DNA of 52,512 nt from Candidatus Helarchaeota ASGARD archaeon Hel_GB_A (GCA_005191415.1 SUPS01000001.1:1-52512), one strand, 5' to 3'; shown: positions 26,463 to 35,855, counted from the stretch's first letter. The notes: generated from the sequence alone by a model not told the origin. Translations and numbers: made by a program.

Positions 26463-26765
26463 GTGGTTCGGAAAAGCCATGGATATAAAACAAGGCATTG
26501 CAGGAATATTTTCCGCAAAAAAGTGCGCCAAAGAGGTCTTCCATCGTTGGGGAAATATCTCCAACCTTATAAAGTTGGTAATAAAGTTGACATTATTATT
26601 GATCCGAGTATCCAAAAAGGACAACCTCATTATAAATTCCATGGGAGGACAGGTACTATTGTAGAACAGCGTGGGAGGGCTTATGTTATAAAGTTGAGGA
26701 TCGGGAAGAAAGATTTTTACGTTATTTCCCGTCCTGAACACATGCGCTTTCGATCCGAACAGTAA
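26463..26765 (+). CDS. rpl21e: 50S ribosomal protein L21e
   Basis: VVRKSHGYKTRHCRNIFRKK ... YKVGNKVDIIIDPS ... FHGRTGTIV is eL21. GTG at 26463 (GAGG 7 nt upstream) gives the expected ~100 aa. The track ORF start at 26334 adds 43 non-conserved residues. Confidence 0.85.
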   Translation: MVRKSHGYKTRHCRNIFRKKVRQRGLPSLGKYLQPYKVGNKVDIIIDPSIQKGQPHYKFHGRTGTIVEQRGRAYVIKLRIGKKDFYVISRPEHMRFRSEQ

Positions 26766-26809
26766 AAAGAAATCATTATTAAATTTTAATTTAGTATAGG
26801 GTGAATACT

Positions 26810-27166
26810 ATGCCTAAGGATATTTATGAGGAAAAACCTATTACTTTAGCAGAGGTAAGAGAAATACTTCTTAAAAGAGAAATGGAATCTGACACCGAGT
26901 TATCTTATGTGCAGCAAGTTACACTTGATTATGTTAATAAATTTTGCAGATACTCTCTTGAAGATGCTCTTAACTTAAAAGAGGAACTTATGAATCGGTT
27001 TAATTTATCTGAAAAGACGGCTATTCAGCTCGTGAATTTATACCATCCTCCCACTCTCCCTACCGAACTAAATATAATATTGGACAAAGAACCGGTAAAA
27101 TTGACAGAAGAACAGAAACAAGACATTATCGATTTGATTAGGTCGTATGTCGAAAAATCGGAGTAG
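26810..27166 (+). CDS. rpoF: DNA-directed RNA polymerase subunit F (Rpo4, Rpb4 homologue)
   Basis: About 118 aa. PITLAEVREILLKRE ... plus the HRDC-like helical C-terminus. ATG at 26810 is preceded by AGGGTGA. The conserved archaeal order is L21e-RpoF-DUF655. Confidence 0.75.
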   Translation: MPKDIYEEKPITLAEVREILLKREMESDTELSYVQQVTLDYVNKFCRYSLEDALNLKEELMNRFNLSEKTAIQLVNLYHPPTLPTELNIILDKEPVKLTEEQKQDIIDLIRSYVEKSE

Positions 27167-27444
27167 AATCTTTACAGCTGACTACATTTTGTTTTTATTT
27201 TGGTCAAATACAGAATCTTTAATTAGAATCATGGATTGATAATCATACAATTCCGAAGTGATGTTTCATGATAGTGCAAATAAATGATTTCAATCGGATA
27301 GTTCAACTTGATAGTGATAGGTGTGTCGAAAAGAGGGGTGGTATGTTTATAATTTGGATATCTTAGCATACTACTTATTTTAAATCAAAAGTAGAAAGGC
27401 GGTGTAGGCTTCTAAAATATTTTTTCTATTTAGGTGAATAAAAG

Positions 27445-28086
27445 ATGGTCCGAGAGAGAAGAAAACGTCCTTATCAGAATAATAGAAGGGAGAGTCCCAA
27501 ATTATCCGAACAAAGCAAAAAGAAATATGAAGAATTTGCTTATGTCTTACACTATATGCCAAAAGGGCACCCCGATGATAAAAAACCCCTCTATGCCCGA
27601 CAACCCCTTCTTCAAGTGGTTGGTGCGACCTTCTTTACCTTATTAGAGATTATTCCCAAGAAGAATGTTCAAGTTGGGATTCGTGAAAAGATTTTTATTG
27701 GAAAGGGGCCTCGCAGTGTAGTAGATCACGTGAAAGGACGAATTACTTACGATGACCTAACAGCTTCTGCGAAATTTGAGCTTTCTGAAGTTATTCGAGA
27801 AATCATCAAAACAAATCAGGACCGATATGTTCAATTTTTTAATGAAGCTCGCCCTTTAACTACTCGAATGCATCAGTTAGAATTACTTCCAGGTATTGGA
27901 AAAAAGATCATGTGGGATATTATCAATGAACGAAAAAAACAACCCTTTAAAGACTTCAAAGACCTTTCAGAACGTGTAAGAATCCCCGACCCAATCACTA
28001 TTATTGAAAAACGAGTAATCACAGAGTTACAGAATGGCGATAAATATCGGATTTTTACCCGACCGCCTCCGCAAAGCTCTAAATAG
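27445..28086 (+). CDS. DUF655 (COG1491) predicted nucleic-acid-binding protein with HhH motif
   Basis: 213-aa ORF. EEFAYVLHYMPKGHP and the C-terminal LELLPGIGKKIMWDII (helix-hairpin-helix). AGGTGA lies 8 nt upstream of the ATG. Conserved neighbour of rpoF. Confidence 0.8.
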   Translation: MVRERRKRPYQNNRRESPKLSEQSKKKYEEFAYVLHYMPKGHPDDKKPLYARQPLLQVVGATFFTLLEIIPKKNVQVGIREKIFIGKGPRSVVDHVKGRITYDDLTASAKFELSEVIREIIKTNQDRYVQFFNEARPLTTRMHQLELLPGIGKKIMWDIINERKKQPFKDFKDLSERVRIPDPITIIEKRVITELQNGDKYRIFTRPPPQSSK

Positions 28087-28091
28087 TCCTT

Positions 28092-29555
28092 TTGGAAGAA
28101 ATAAAAATGACATCAGAGAAAACACAACATCCTTTTGAAAAATTTTTTTATCCTAAGTCCATTGCGATCGTTGGTGCAAGTCATAGCAATGATTGGTTCT
28201 GGCTCCGAAATCTTATTAGTCTCGATTATCATGGTCGAATTTATCCAATAAATCCTAAATATCAAAGTGCTTTGGGCTTAACTTTTTACGATAAAATCGC
28301 TAACGTTCCCTATGATATCGATAATGTGATAATTGCGGTTCCTGCAAAATACGTTCATGGTGTTCTTAAAGAATGTATTCTAAAAGGTGTAAAATTAGTA
28401 ACAATCTTCACTTCGGGTTTTTCTGAGCTGGGGACTGAAGAAGGTAAACGGCTTGAGCGCGAATTAATTGAATTAAAAGAATCTACTAAAAGTAATATTC
28501 GGATTCTAGGTCCGAATTGTGTTGGAATTTATTGTCCCGAATCAGGACTTTCTTTCAGACCAGATTTTGCCCGTCAAAGTGGGCATATAGGATTTATTTC
28601 ACAGAGTGGCGGTCTAGCCATTAACATGGGACTTCGGGGCAAAGTTCTCAAAATGTTTTTTTCAAAAATCATTTCTTTCGGAAATGCGGCTGATATTAAA
28701 CCCGTGGAGCTATTAGAATATTTGGCACAAGATCGGAAAACACGAATCATTGGAATGTATCTAGAAGGCATAAAGAAAGGTCCTGAATTCATGAAGCTTC
28801 TTAAAAAAGTAACTGTTGAAAAACCTGTCATTATTCTGCGAGGAGGTCAAACAGATGTTGGCGCACGCGCTGCATTATCTCATACTGGATCTTTAGCTGG
28901 GTCAAACCAACTTTGGAATTCCCTATTTCACCAAACAGGTGCAATTCCCGTGAATTCATTCGAAGAATTGGTTGATACATTACTTGCATTTGATTTTAAT
29001 TATCGGCATCTACCAAAAGGGAACCGGATCGGCTTACTCTCTGTTTCTGGAGGCGTTTCAGTGGTTAATACAGATATCTGTGTAAAGCTAGGACTTTCTA
29101 TTCCTAAATTAACATCTGAATCTATCGCCACACTTCAAACGGTCGTCCAAGATGTTGGAACATCTGTTGCAAATCCCTTAGATTTAGCCGCCAGTTTCTT
29201 CAATATCCAAGCACTCAGAACTGCGATTGAAACACTCGGCAAAGATGAAAACATTGATTCTATTATTATAGAGATCGCCAATCATTATATCTATACTCCT
29301 GAGCAACATGGAGCTGAAGGTTATACACAGTTATTCTATGACACCGTTCTGCGTCTTTTAAAGAAAATTCGGCGTGCTGGCAAACCAGTTTTGGTCGCAT
29401 TCCCACCAATTGCTCATGAAACACGGCGTATCTGGGATCGAAAATTATTTATTGATGCCAAAATACCGATATTCTCTAGTATTATGGCAGCTGCACAAGC
29501 TTTATCCCATTTAGTCCGTTATTCCAATTATTTAAAAATTACAGGAAATATTTAG
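28092..29555 (+). CDS. ADP-forming acetyl/acyl-CoA synthetase alpha-subunit-like protein (CoA-binding plus CoA-ligase domains)
   Basis: 487-aa ORF (TTG at 28092; alternative ATG at 28107). PKSIAIVGAS, GPNCVGI, ISQSGG and the phosphohistidine loop ALSHTGSLAGS (His codon 28881-28883). No beta/ATP-grasp subunit is adjacent. Confidence 0.75.
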   Translation: MEEIKMTSEKTQHPFEKFFYPKSIAIVGASHSNDWFWLRNLISLDYHGRIYPINPKYQSALGLTFYDKIANVPYDIDNVIIAVPAKYVHGVLKECILKGVKLVTIFTSGFSELGTEEGKRLERELIELKESTKSNIRILGPNCVGIYCPESGLSFRPDFARQSGHIGFISQSGGLAINMGLRGKVLKMFFSKIISFGNAADIKPVELLEYLAQDRKTRIIGMYLEGIKKGPEFMKLLKKVTVEKPVIILRGGQTDVGARAALSHTGSLAGSNQLWNSLFHQTGAIPVNSFEELVDTLLAFDFNYRHLPKGNRIGLLSVSGGVSVVNTDICVKLGLSIPKLTSESIATLQTVVQDVGTSVANPLDLAASFFNIQALRTAIETLGKDENIDSIIIEIANHYIYTPEQHGAEGYTQLFYDTVLRLLKKIRRAGKPVLVAFPPIAHETRRIWDRKLFIDAKIPIFSSIMAAAQALSHLVRYSNYLKITGNI

Positions 29556-29565
29556 GCTACAATTT

Positions 29566-29931
29566 TTATTTTTTGGTGGATTTTCCTTTCTCTTTGGAAT
29601 TTTCTTCCTTTAATAATTGTTTCAATTCGTCATCTAACAATTCATCAGGAATACTTTCTAACTCATTTTCTATCTTCTTCAATTCGGACTGGACTCCCCC
29701 TTCTATCTGAGAAGCATGGGGTACTTTCCCTAACTTTAAAAATTCTTCCTCAATATCGACATCTAACTCCTTTATTTTTGAGGCAATCGCCTCTACTTGT
29801 TTACTTAGAAGGGCTATCTGCCTATTTGATAGATTTATTTTATTCTCTACCGTTTGTAATGTTTCTGACATTGTAGATAGTACCGATATCAGTTTCTTAA
29901 GGATTTGCTTTATCTCATCATTTTCAGACAT
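29566..29931 (-). CDS. Acidic coiled-coil protein, function unknown
   Basis: 121-aa ORF with heptad-like K/E/L-rich sequence throughout. No motif recognised. Confidence 0.45.
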   Translation of the reverse strand: MSENDEIKQILKKLISVLSTMSETLQTVENKINLSNRQIALLSKQVEAIASKIKELDVDIEEEFLKLGKVPHASQIEGGVQSELKKIENELESIPDELLDDELKQLLKEENSKEKGKSTKK

Positions 29932-29982
29932 ATATTTTCCTTCTAAATTTCCTTGTAATTTAAAAATAAGAAAAAAAAAGGA

Positions 29983-30729
29983 TTAAATATCTTTTCCTCC
30001 GCTGATTAAGATTACGGCACCTGTAACATAACTGGCTTCTTCAGAAGCAAGAAAAGCGATAACATTGGCAACTTCCTCAGGTTGCCCCACTCTTCCTAAC
30101 GGTGTTTCGCTCAAAAATTTATTTAAAATCTTTTCAGGTACTGCTTTTAACATATCAGTCCAAATCATTCCAGGCTGAACTGCATTCACCGTAATTTCAC
30201 AACCACCGAAAGGTAATTCTTTTGCCAACGTCTTTGTAAGCCCCACTATTCCAGCTTTACTGGCAGAATAATTGGTTTGCCCTATATTTCCCGCCTTTCC
30301 TGTAACGGAGCTTAAATTAATGATTCTACCATATTTTTTCTCTCGCATAATTGGAGCGAAGACTTTACAACAATTGAAGACACCTTTTAAATTCGTCTGG
30401 AGAACTTCATCCCAATCGTCTTCTGTCATTTTTAATAACAATTTATCACGCGTAATTCCCGCATTATTGACCAAGATATCCACAGTTCCAAAATCTTTGA
30501 GTATTTCTTTTCCTACTTGTTCTACTTGGCTATAATTGCCAACATCTACTTTATAAGCTTTCGCTTTCCTTCCTAACTTTTTTACTTCCTCAACAGTTTC
30601 ATTGGCGAGATCAATTAACACGTCCAATATCGCAACATCTGCACCTTCTTTCGCAAATTTTATGGCTGTAGCCTTACCAATGCCCTTTGCACCTCCAGTG
30701 ATCACGGCTACTCTATCCTTTAATCTCAT
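29983..30729 (-). CDS. fabG: Short-chain dehydrogenase/reductase, 3-oxoacyl-ACP reductase (FabG)-like
   Basis: 248-aa ORF. TGGAKGIGKA, NNAG and YSASKAG are classical SDR motifs. Confidence 0.85.
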   Translation of the reverse strand: MRLKDRVAVITGGAKGIGKATAIKFAKEGADVAILDVLIDLANETVEEVKKLGRKAKAYKVDVGNYSQVEQVGKEILKDFGTVDILVNNAGITRDKLLLKMTEDDWDEVLQTNLKGVFNCCKVFAPIMREKKYGRIINLSSVTGKAGNIGQTNYSASKAGIVGLTKTLAKELPFGGCEITVNAVQPGMIWTDMLKAVPEKILNKFLSETPLGRVGQPEEVANVIAFLASEEASYVTGAVILISGGKDI

Positions 30730-30855
30730 TTATGTTACCTCCTAAAGCTATTGATATTTAGTTTAAAAAACGGATAAAACTAGTTTATATTAACGTTATT
30801 AAACTATGGATCAAAATTTTCTGAAATGGACTAAAAGTATTCAAAAAAAGGGGAG

Positions 30856-32697
30856 TTAATTAGGAAACTTAATTCTAAGGGATGGATCACCAAGGAGGAG
30901 ATACATGGCAATATTTTCTTTCGTATAATCATCCGGAAAGTTTCTATAAAGTTGTATTGTAGCATAATTGAAAATCTTTCCGACAACGCGAAGTTTTTTA
31001 TCGACAATCGCCCGGAAAATAAAACGGTCAAAATGATGATTTGGCTGTGTATAACTGGGGCGACTTGCACCGAGAAATGCGACTGCACCATTTGCTGCTT
31101 CTACAAATGCTTCTCCAAAACATTCGCCACTAACATCTATTGCATTATTAAGACAACATATCGAAAATACAATTGGAAATTTCCCATTGTTTTTTAATTT
31201 CCTGACATCATTGACATCAAGGCCATTTGAGGATTGCCATTCCCACTCGCTTCCATGTCCTCGGTAGTTAACGATCCCGCATCCTTTCTCTAATTCATCG
31301 ATAACTTCTTCTTTTGTAGATTCTCCGCCATATCTCTTGATTATTCGGAAGCCTTTCTTTTTTACTCCTTTTAGAATTTCTGCGATATCGTCACAACAGC
31401 TTATATAATCATCTCGTTCATAAGCAGTTAAGAGCACACGATTTATCCAAGTACCTCTATTATTTTTTTCATACTCCAAGATTTTATTAATATATCTTTT
31501 CAATTTCTTTGGATCATTGATAGCAATTCGCCCAAGGGATATATCTGGTCCAATATCTCCTATCAAATTTGAATAATACCAATCGCTGGGGCAGTTAAAA
31601 GTGGGATCTTGACGTGTTGGAATTTTTCCGACCTCGCCTACTAACAGAACATATTCCGGTGGCTCTTCCCAATAATCATATGCAAATAAGATAAAATCAC
31701 GAATAGCTTTAAAATTTTCCTTATTTTCACTTTTAAATTCATTATAAATTTCAATATCAGTTACAATTTTCGTTGTCATACCTCGTTGTTCTTTACTCTC
31801 TGCCAATGGTTTCAATACTTGAACTAAATTCTCAGAAGTAATAATAAGATATTGTCCCTTATTAGAAGTTTTACATAATTCCCCCCTATTAATTGGGATC
31901 GCGATTCTCCGAGTGCCTCCATCACCAAGTGTCCGAAGATCTTCGATTGACTCTAAGTTTAATACTTGATCTTTGTATTCTGCCAGTATTTTCTGAGCGA
32001 TTGGTGCTACAGGCTGGATTTCCTTTGCTTCACTCGGTTTTTCGGGCGCTACTCCTCTCAACTCTGCAATTCCTAGGCCTGGGGTATATTCGATAATTAA
32101 ATTAATTTGATTATATACGATTAACTTTTTAGACTTTGGCTTGTAATGCAATGGATACATCATAAGATGGAGAACTTTTACACTTCCTACAAAATTTGTT
32201 GATATGACTTTAAACAGTTCTTTGGGGTACTCCTCATCCTTTTTATAAATCTGATCTTTTGGTTTATATTCAGGCTCTTTCCAGTCATATTCAAAACCAC
32301 CGTCCAACGTTGGTTCTGGTGCTGGAATGATATTCAATTCACCAGGGAATTCGAAACTCTCACTATCGACGACTTTAATATCTAATAATTCTGCCCCTGA
32401 AGGCAATGCTACAAATAATCCTTCAATTGGTAGCATTGGTTCGCCTGGTTCTAGAATTACACCGGATTCTGGCATCTCTAGGGTATATACTTTGGTGTCT
32501 TTCTGCTGAATTTTTGCGACAATTTCTTTATACCACATACCTTCGGGTGTATATGTTATTTTTAATTCATATGCTCCTTTTTCGTCTTTAAAATCCTTCT
32601 GTAATTGCTTCTGAGGAGGTATGCCTATCTCTTTAGCCCCTCTCAACTTTCTTTTTTCTTTAAAAGCTCGAAAACTAAACCATTCAGCCATTTTCAT
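30856..32697 (-). CDS. Peptidase family C25 (gingipain-like, clan CD) with N-terminal C25 propeptide-like domain and no signal peptide
   Basis: 613-aa ORF. IVNYRGHGSEWEW (His481) and FPIVFSICCLNNA (Cys514/515) match the gingipain His/Cys dyad contexts (YTGHGSE ..., ACVNG). The N-terminus MKMAEWFSFRAFKEKRK is charged, not signal-like. Confidence 0.8.
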   Translation of the reverse strand: MKMAEWFSFRAFKEKRKLRGAKEIGIPPQKQLQKDFKDEKGAYELKITYTPEGMWYKEIVAKIQQKDTKVYTLEMPESGVILEPGEPMLPIEGLFVALPSGAELLDIKVVDSESFEFPGELNIIPAPEPTLDGGFEYDWKEPEYKPKDQIYKKDEEYPKELFKVISTNFVGSVKVLHLMMYPLHYKPKSKKLIVYNQINLIIEYTPGLGIAELRGVAPEKPSEAKEIQPVAPIAQKILAEYKDQVLNLESIEDLRTLGDGGTRRIAIPINRGELCKTSNKGQYLIITSENLVQVLKPLAESKEQRGMTTKIVTDIEIYNEFKSENKENFKAIRDFILFAYDYWEEPPEYVLLVGEVGKIPTRQDPTFNCPSDWYYSNLIGDIGPDISLGRIAINDPKKLKRYINKILEYEKNNRGTWINRVLLTAYERDDYISCCDDIAEILKGVKKKGFRIIKRYGGESTKEEVIDELEKGCGIVNYRGHGSEWEWQSSNGLDVNDVRKLKNNGKFPIVFSICCLNNAIDVSGECFGEAFVEAANGAVAFLGASRPSYTQPNHHFDRFIFRAIVDKKLRVVGKIFNYATIQLYRNFPDDYTKENIAMYLLLGDPSLRIKFPN

Positions 32698-32723
32698 CCC
32701 ATTTTTTCTTTTTAATTTTCTAT

Positions 32724-33407
32724 TTATATATTCTCGATGTTTAAAATTTGATCATCATATCCTGCAGGAATACGCCTTTTACTTCTTTCCGGGACACCCC
32801 GTAAGGGTGGTGCTTTCTCGACTCCTAATTCATATTCAATCTCTAATTCTATTTTCCGGTATAGATCAATCTTATTAGAAAGAGGGTAATATTGAACTGG
32901 ATACATCATTAAATGAATTACCTTGACATCTCCTAGCTGTTTAACCCCCAAATTTTTAAAAAGCACCCCTGGATATGCATTATCACTCTCATATATTTCC
33001 TTTTTTGGATTTATTTCTGGCATACCACTCGGATCTGTTGTCGGTTCGGGGGCTGGCTTTACTTTATAGTCAAGTTTATACGTTTTCTTCTTTGTCTTTC
33101 CTACTCTTATCTCAGTGACTGTTGCATCATCAGGAATTGCAACATATAAGCCTTCCTGAGGGAGTGATGGCTCCCCTGGCTCAAGATTCTGACCCGCGTT
33201 GGGTATTTGCAATTCATTGAAAACAAGATCCGCTGTTTGTCGCACTTCAACATTCCATAGTCCTTTTGCTTCATATATAACCTTGATAACATTCTTTTCC
33301 TTCTCAATGAGCTTACTCTGCTTCAAAGGCGTCGTTCCTCTTGATTTTCCTAACCATTTCCGCATTTTTATCACTTTGTTATACGGTGAGATTAATTTGT
33401 GATTCAT
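32724..33407 (-). CDS. Stand-alone C25 propeptide-like domain protein (paralogue of the N-terminal ~250 aa of the adjacent C25 peptidase)
   Basis: 227-aa ORF (possibly starting at Met15, nt 33365). LEPGEPSLPQEGLYVAIP / KVIHLMMYPVQYYP / IELEIEY parallel LEPGEPMLPIEGLFVALP / KVLHLMMYPLHYKP / INLIIEY of the peptidase. It ends (DDQILNIENI) where the peptidase continues (KDQVLNLESIEDL). Confidence 0.65.
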   Translation of the reverse strand: MNHKLISPYNKVIKMRKWLGKSRGTTPLKQSKLIEKEKNVIKVIYEAKGLWNVEVRQTADLVFNELQIPNAGQNLEPGEPSLPQEGLYVAIPDDATVTEIRVGKTKKKTYKLDYKVKPAPEPTTDPSGMPEINPKKEIYESDNAYPGVLFKNLGVKQLGDVKVIHLMMYPVQYYPLSNKIDLYRKIELEIEYELGVEKAPPLRGVPERSKRRIPAGYDDQILNIENI

Positions 33408-33515
33408 TGCTATAAAAGTTTGAGTATGAAACCGATAGATTAAATATTCTTTTTAAGGTGAATTATGACATGAAGCAGAAATCCACTTTCGATTTCTAGA
33501 TTTTGGTGCGTTACC

Positions 33516-34580
33516 ATGACCGATGTTATCGTTTTTCTTGGTATTTTTTTAACAATTGTGACTTTTCTTTTCAATATTGGGATTTCGATAGCGCAAACAC
33601 GCCGTTCATACCGCTTACACCATGCTGAATCTTTTTATAGTTTATGTTTATGCGTATTTGCCTTAATTTTTAGTTTCATTGTTGTTATGAATTTTATTAT
33701 TTTCGACTTTTTGTATGGATTTATTGTGACACTTACTGCGGGTATTGTTTTCCTGCTGTTTGGAATTTTTAATGTAATTCAATACCTTCTTGATCGCCGT
33801 AAAAGTTCCCCATCCCACTCAGAAATTGATTTTTCCACGCGCGATAACCTCCGCCATGAAATTTTTCGGAAAATCTTCCATATCATCCTTTTCTTCGGAA
33901 TTATTGCCCTATTACTTATTGGATATCTCATTATCGAATCCCTTTATTTACAAGGGTCAGATCTCCCAGGCGTCGAAGAAACGTATCATAACTACTGGGG
34001 GCGCCTTGATGGCTTAGGTATGTGGAATATCCAATTTAATTTTGGCCAGAGTGTGATCTTTATGTTGTTTATCCTACTAACAACAATTTTTGTGATGAAT
34101 GAAGGAGCCCGTCTTTTAAAATGGTTCTATTTCCCGTTAAGAAAACTCGCGTCTTTTGGTATTCGAGAAAAAGAGAAGGATACTGTCGCTTCTTATGTGT
34201 ATTTTACTATTGGCATGGTCTTTGCGGCAACCTTTATCTATCCTCTCCCTTTATTCTCGATTATTGGAATTTTATGTTTCGCTGACACTGCCGCCAGCCT
34301 TTTTGGACGTAAATATGGACGTCACAAATTGAGCTTCAATCCTACCAAATCTTGGGAAGGTTCTATTGGAGGATTTATCGTATGTCTCATTGTTACCATT
34401 CTCATCGTTGGACCTATCTGGGGCATATGTGCAACGATCGTCTTCTTTGTAATTGATGCTATTACCCCAAAAATCCCCATCTCCGATAATATTGGCATTC
34501 CAGTAGGTGTAGCCTTAACCTATTTCCTCTTATCTATACTCCAGATTCCTATGCAATCAATTGTCTTTTCTTTACTTTAA
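33516..34580 (+). CDS. Polytopic membrane protein of the dolichol/polyprenol kinase - CTP-transferase family (COG0170/SEC59-like)
   Basis: 354-aa ORF with about 8 TM helices. The C-terminal FADTAASLFGRKYGRHKL ... KSWEGSIGGF matches the CTP-dependent kinase/cytidylyltransferase signature. Confidence 0.65.
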   Translation: MTDVIVFLGIFLTIVTFLFNIGISIAQTRRSYRLHHAESFYSLCLCVFALIFSFIVVMNFIIFDFLYGFIVTLTAGIVFLLFGIFNVIQYLLDRRKSSPSHSEIDFSTRDNLRHEIFRKIFHIILFFGIIALLLIGYLIIESLYLQGSDLPGVEETYHNYWGRLDGLGMWNIQFNFGQSVIFMLFILLTTIFVMNEGARLLKWFYFPLRKLASFGIREKEKDTVASYVYFTIGMVFAATFIYPLPLFSIIGILCFADTAASLFGRKYGRHKLSFNPTKSWEGSIGGFIVCLIVTILIVGPIWGICATIVFFVIDAITPKIPISDNIGIPVGVALTYFLLSILQIPMQSIVFSLL

Positions 34581-34636
34581 TATAGCATCTTCTTTTTTTC
34601 CTGAGGTGAAAATTAAAAAAATTAGACTTTTAAAAT

Positions 34637-35062
34637 TTAGACTAAATAGTCTTCTGTAAATTTTTGAGGTGTTATTATTTGATATTTTATTCTTTTTATT
34701 AAGGGAAAATCTTTTGTAATTAGGAAATCAGCCTTAATATATGTAGCCGTTGCTGAAATCAAGGCATCAGGGAGTTTAATTTGCTGAGTTCCTCGAAGTA
34801 ATGCCGCCTTATTTGAAATTTCAACATTGACGGGAATAATTTGATATTTTGATATGGCATGATTTAGAAATTGTTCTGCTTCATGGATTTCCTTATTTTG
34901 ATAAAAGCCAACCAGAACTTCTGCAAGAACTATAGTGGATATTGCCGCTTGTATTTGATTTTCATCAATTGCATCAAGAATGAGTTCACAATAAGAGGAA
35001 TCAGTTTCTTTATTTTTTACTGAAATAAATATATTGGTATCTAGACATACCTTCATTCCCAC
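34637..35062 (-). CDS. vapC: PIN-domain toxin VapC
   Basis: 141-aa ORF. Includes MKVCLDTNIFI, which carries the first acidic residue. Typical size, and a 10-nt overlap with the upstream antitoxin gene. Confidence 0.85.
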   Translation of the reverse strand: MGMKVCLDTNIFISVKNKETDSSYCELILDAIDENQIQAAISTIVLAEVLVGFYQNKEIHEAEQFLNHAISKYQIIPVNVEISNKAALLRGTQQIKLPDALISATATYIKADFLITKDFPLIKRIKYQIITPQKFTEDYLV

Positions 35063-35274
35063 TCATCACGCAATCTCTTTTGAAATTCTAAGCTTGATTC
35101 AATAGGCTCACTAGCCTTCAAGATATCTTTCATTTTCTCTTGAATTTTTTCTAATATTAATTTTCCATCTTGAATTTTGAAAATTATTATGTCTCCAGGT
35201 TTGATATTATATTTTTCTCGAATCTCTTTCGGTATGACAATTTGCCCTTTCTTACCTATTTTTCCAACATTCAT
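35053..35274 (-). CDS. vapB: AbrB/SpoVT-type antitoxin VapB
   Basis: 73-aa ORF. GKKGQIVIPKEIREKYNIKPGD is the swapped-hairpin AbrB motif. Confidence 0.85.
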   Translation of the reverse strand: MNVGKIGKKGQIVIPKEIREKYNIKPGDIIIFKIQDGKLILEKIQEKMKDILKASEPIESSLEFQKRLRDEWE

Positions 35275-35280
35275 ACTATA

Positions 35281-35299
35281 AAGTAAGAAAATCTTACTT
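35281..35299 (-). promoter_or_regulatory. Perfect 8-bp inverted repeat directly upstream of vapB (candidate autoregulatory operator)
   Basis: AAGTAAGA (35281-35288), then aaa, then TCTTACTT (35292-35299), starting 7 nt from the vapB start codon. Confidence 0.35.
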
Positions 35300-35435
35300 A
35301 TAAGTCCTACTATTTTGATGCACTTACATGATGGACTTACCTCCTCTTATTTTCCAAGGAGAAAATCAAAAAAAATAGATTATTAAAAATTTAAATATCC
35401 ACCTACAATAATTATATCAAAGAGGATGTGAAATT

Positions 35436-35855
35436 TTGAACGTAAAAAGTACCTATAAACAAGAAATAATCGCATTATTAAAATCAACTATCCACGGAGA
35501 GCACGAAATTTATTTAGGGTATCTTTTTGGTTCTTTCATTCAAAATAATGAATTCCATGATATTGATGTAGGAATTGTAGTAAAAAATAAAAATCATATT
35601 TCAAATGCGTTAAAATATTCATTACATTTAGGTACAAAACTTGAAAAAGCCGTGAATTACAAATGGACTATTGATGTAAAAATACTCAATTTTACTCCCC
35701 CTCATTTTCAGTTCGGCGTGATAAAAGATGGGCTATTATTTTTTTGTCGAAATGAAAAATTTCGCATCACATATGAAAAGACAATAACTAATCTATACCT
35801 TGATTTTCGCGAGACACTGTTGTGGCATTCGCGGATAATTTTGGAGCGAACTTAA
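35436..35855 (+). CDS. Minimal nucleotidyltransferase (MNT) antitoxin
   Basis: 139-aa ORF with a TTG start. LGYLFGSFIQNNEFHDIDVGIV is the GSx(n)DxD polymerase-beta-type NTase motif. Confidence 0.8.
   Translation: MNVKSTYKQEIIALLKSTIHGEHEIYLGYLFGSFIQNNEFHDIDVGIVVKNKNHISNALKYSLHLGTKLEKAVNYKWTIDVKILNFTPPHFQFGVIKDGLLFFCRNEKFRITYEKTITNLYLDFRETLLWHSRIILERT

Noticed and set aside
26322-26741. 139-aa minus-strand ORF, and the 5' extension (26334-26462) of the L21e frame
   Set aside because: The minus ORF is antisense to L21e. The 43 extra N-terminal residues of the track ORF are not L21e-like, and an in-frame GTG with an SD-like GAGG gives the expected ~100-aa protein.
27167-27444. 278-nt spacer between rpoF and the DUF655 gene with repeated TGATAG/GTGATG motifs; considered as a C/D-box or other sRNA
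   Set aside because: There is no CUGA D box, no terminal stem and no clear GC-rich structure on either strand. It is more likely promoter or leader sequence.
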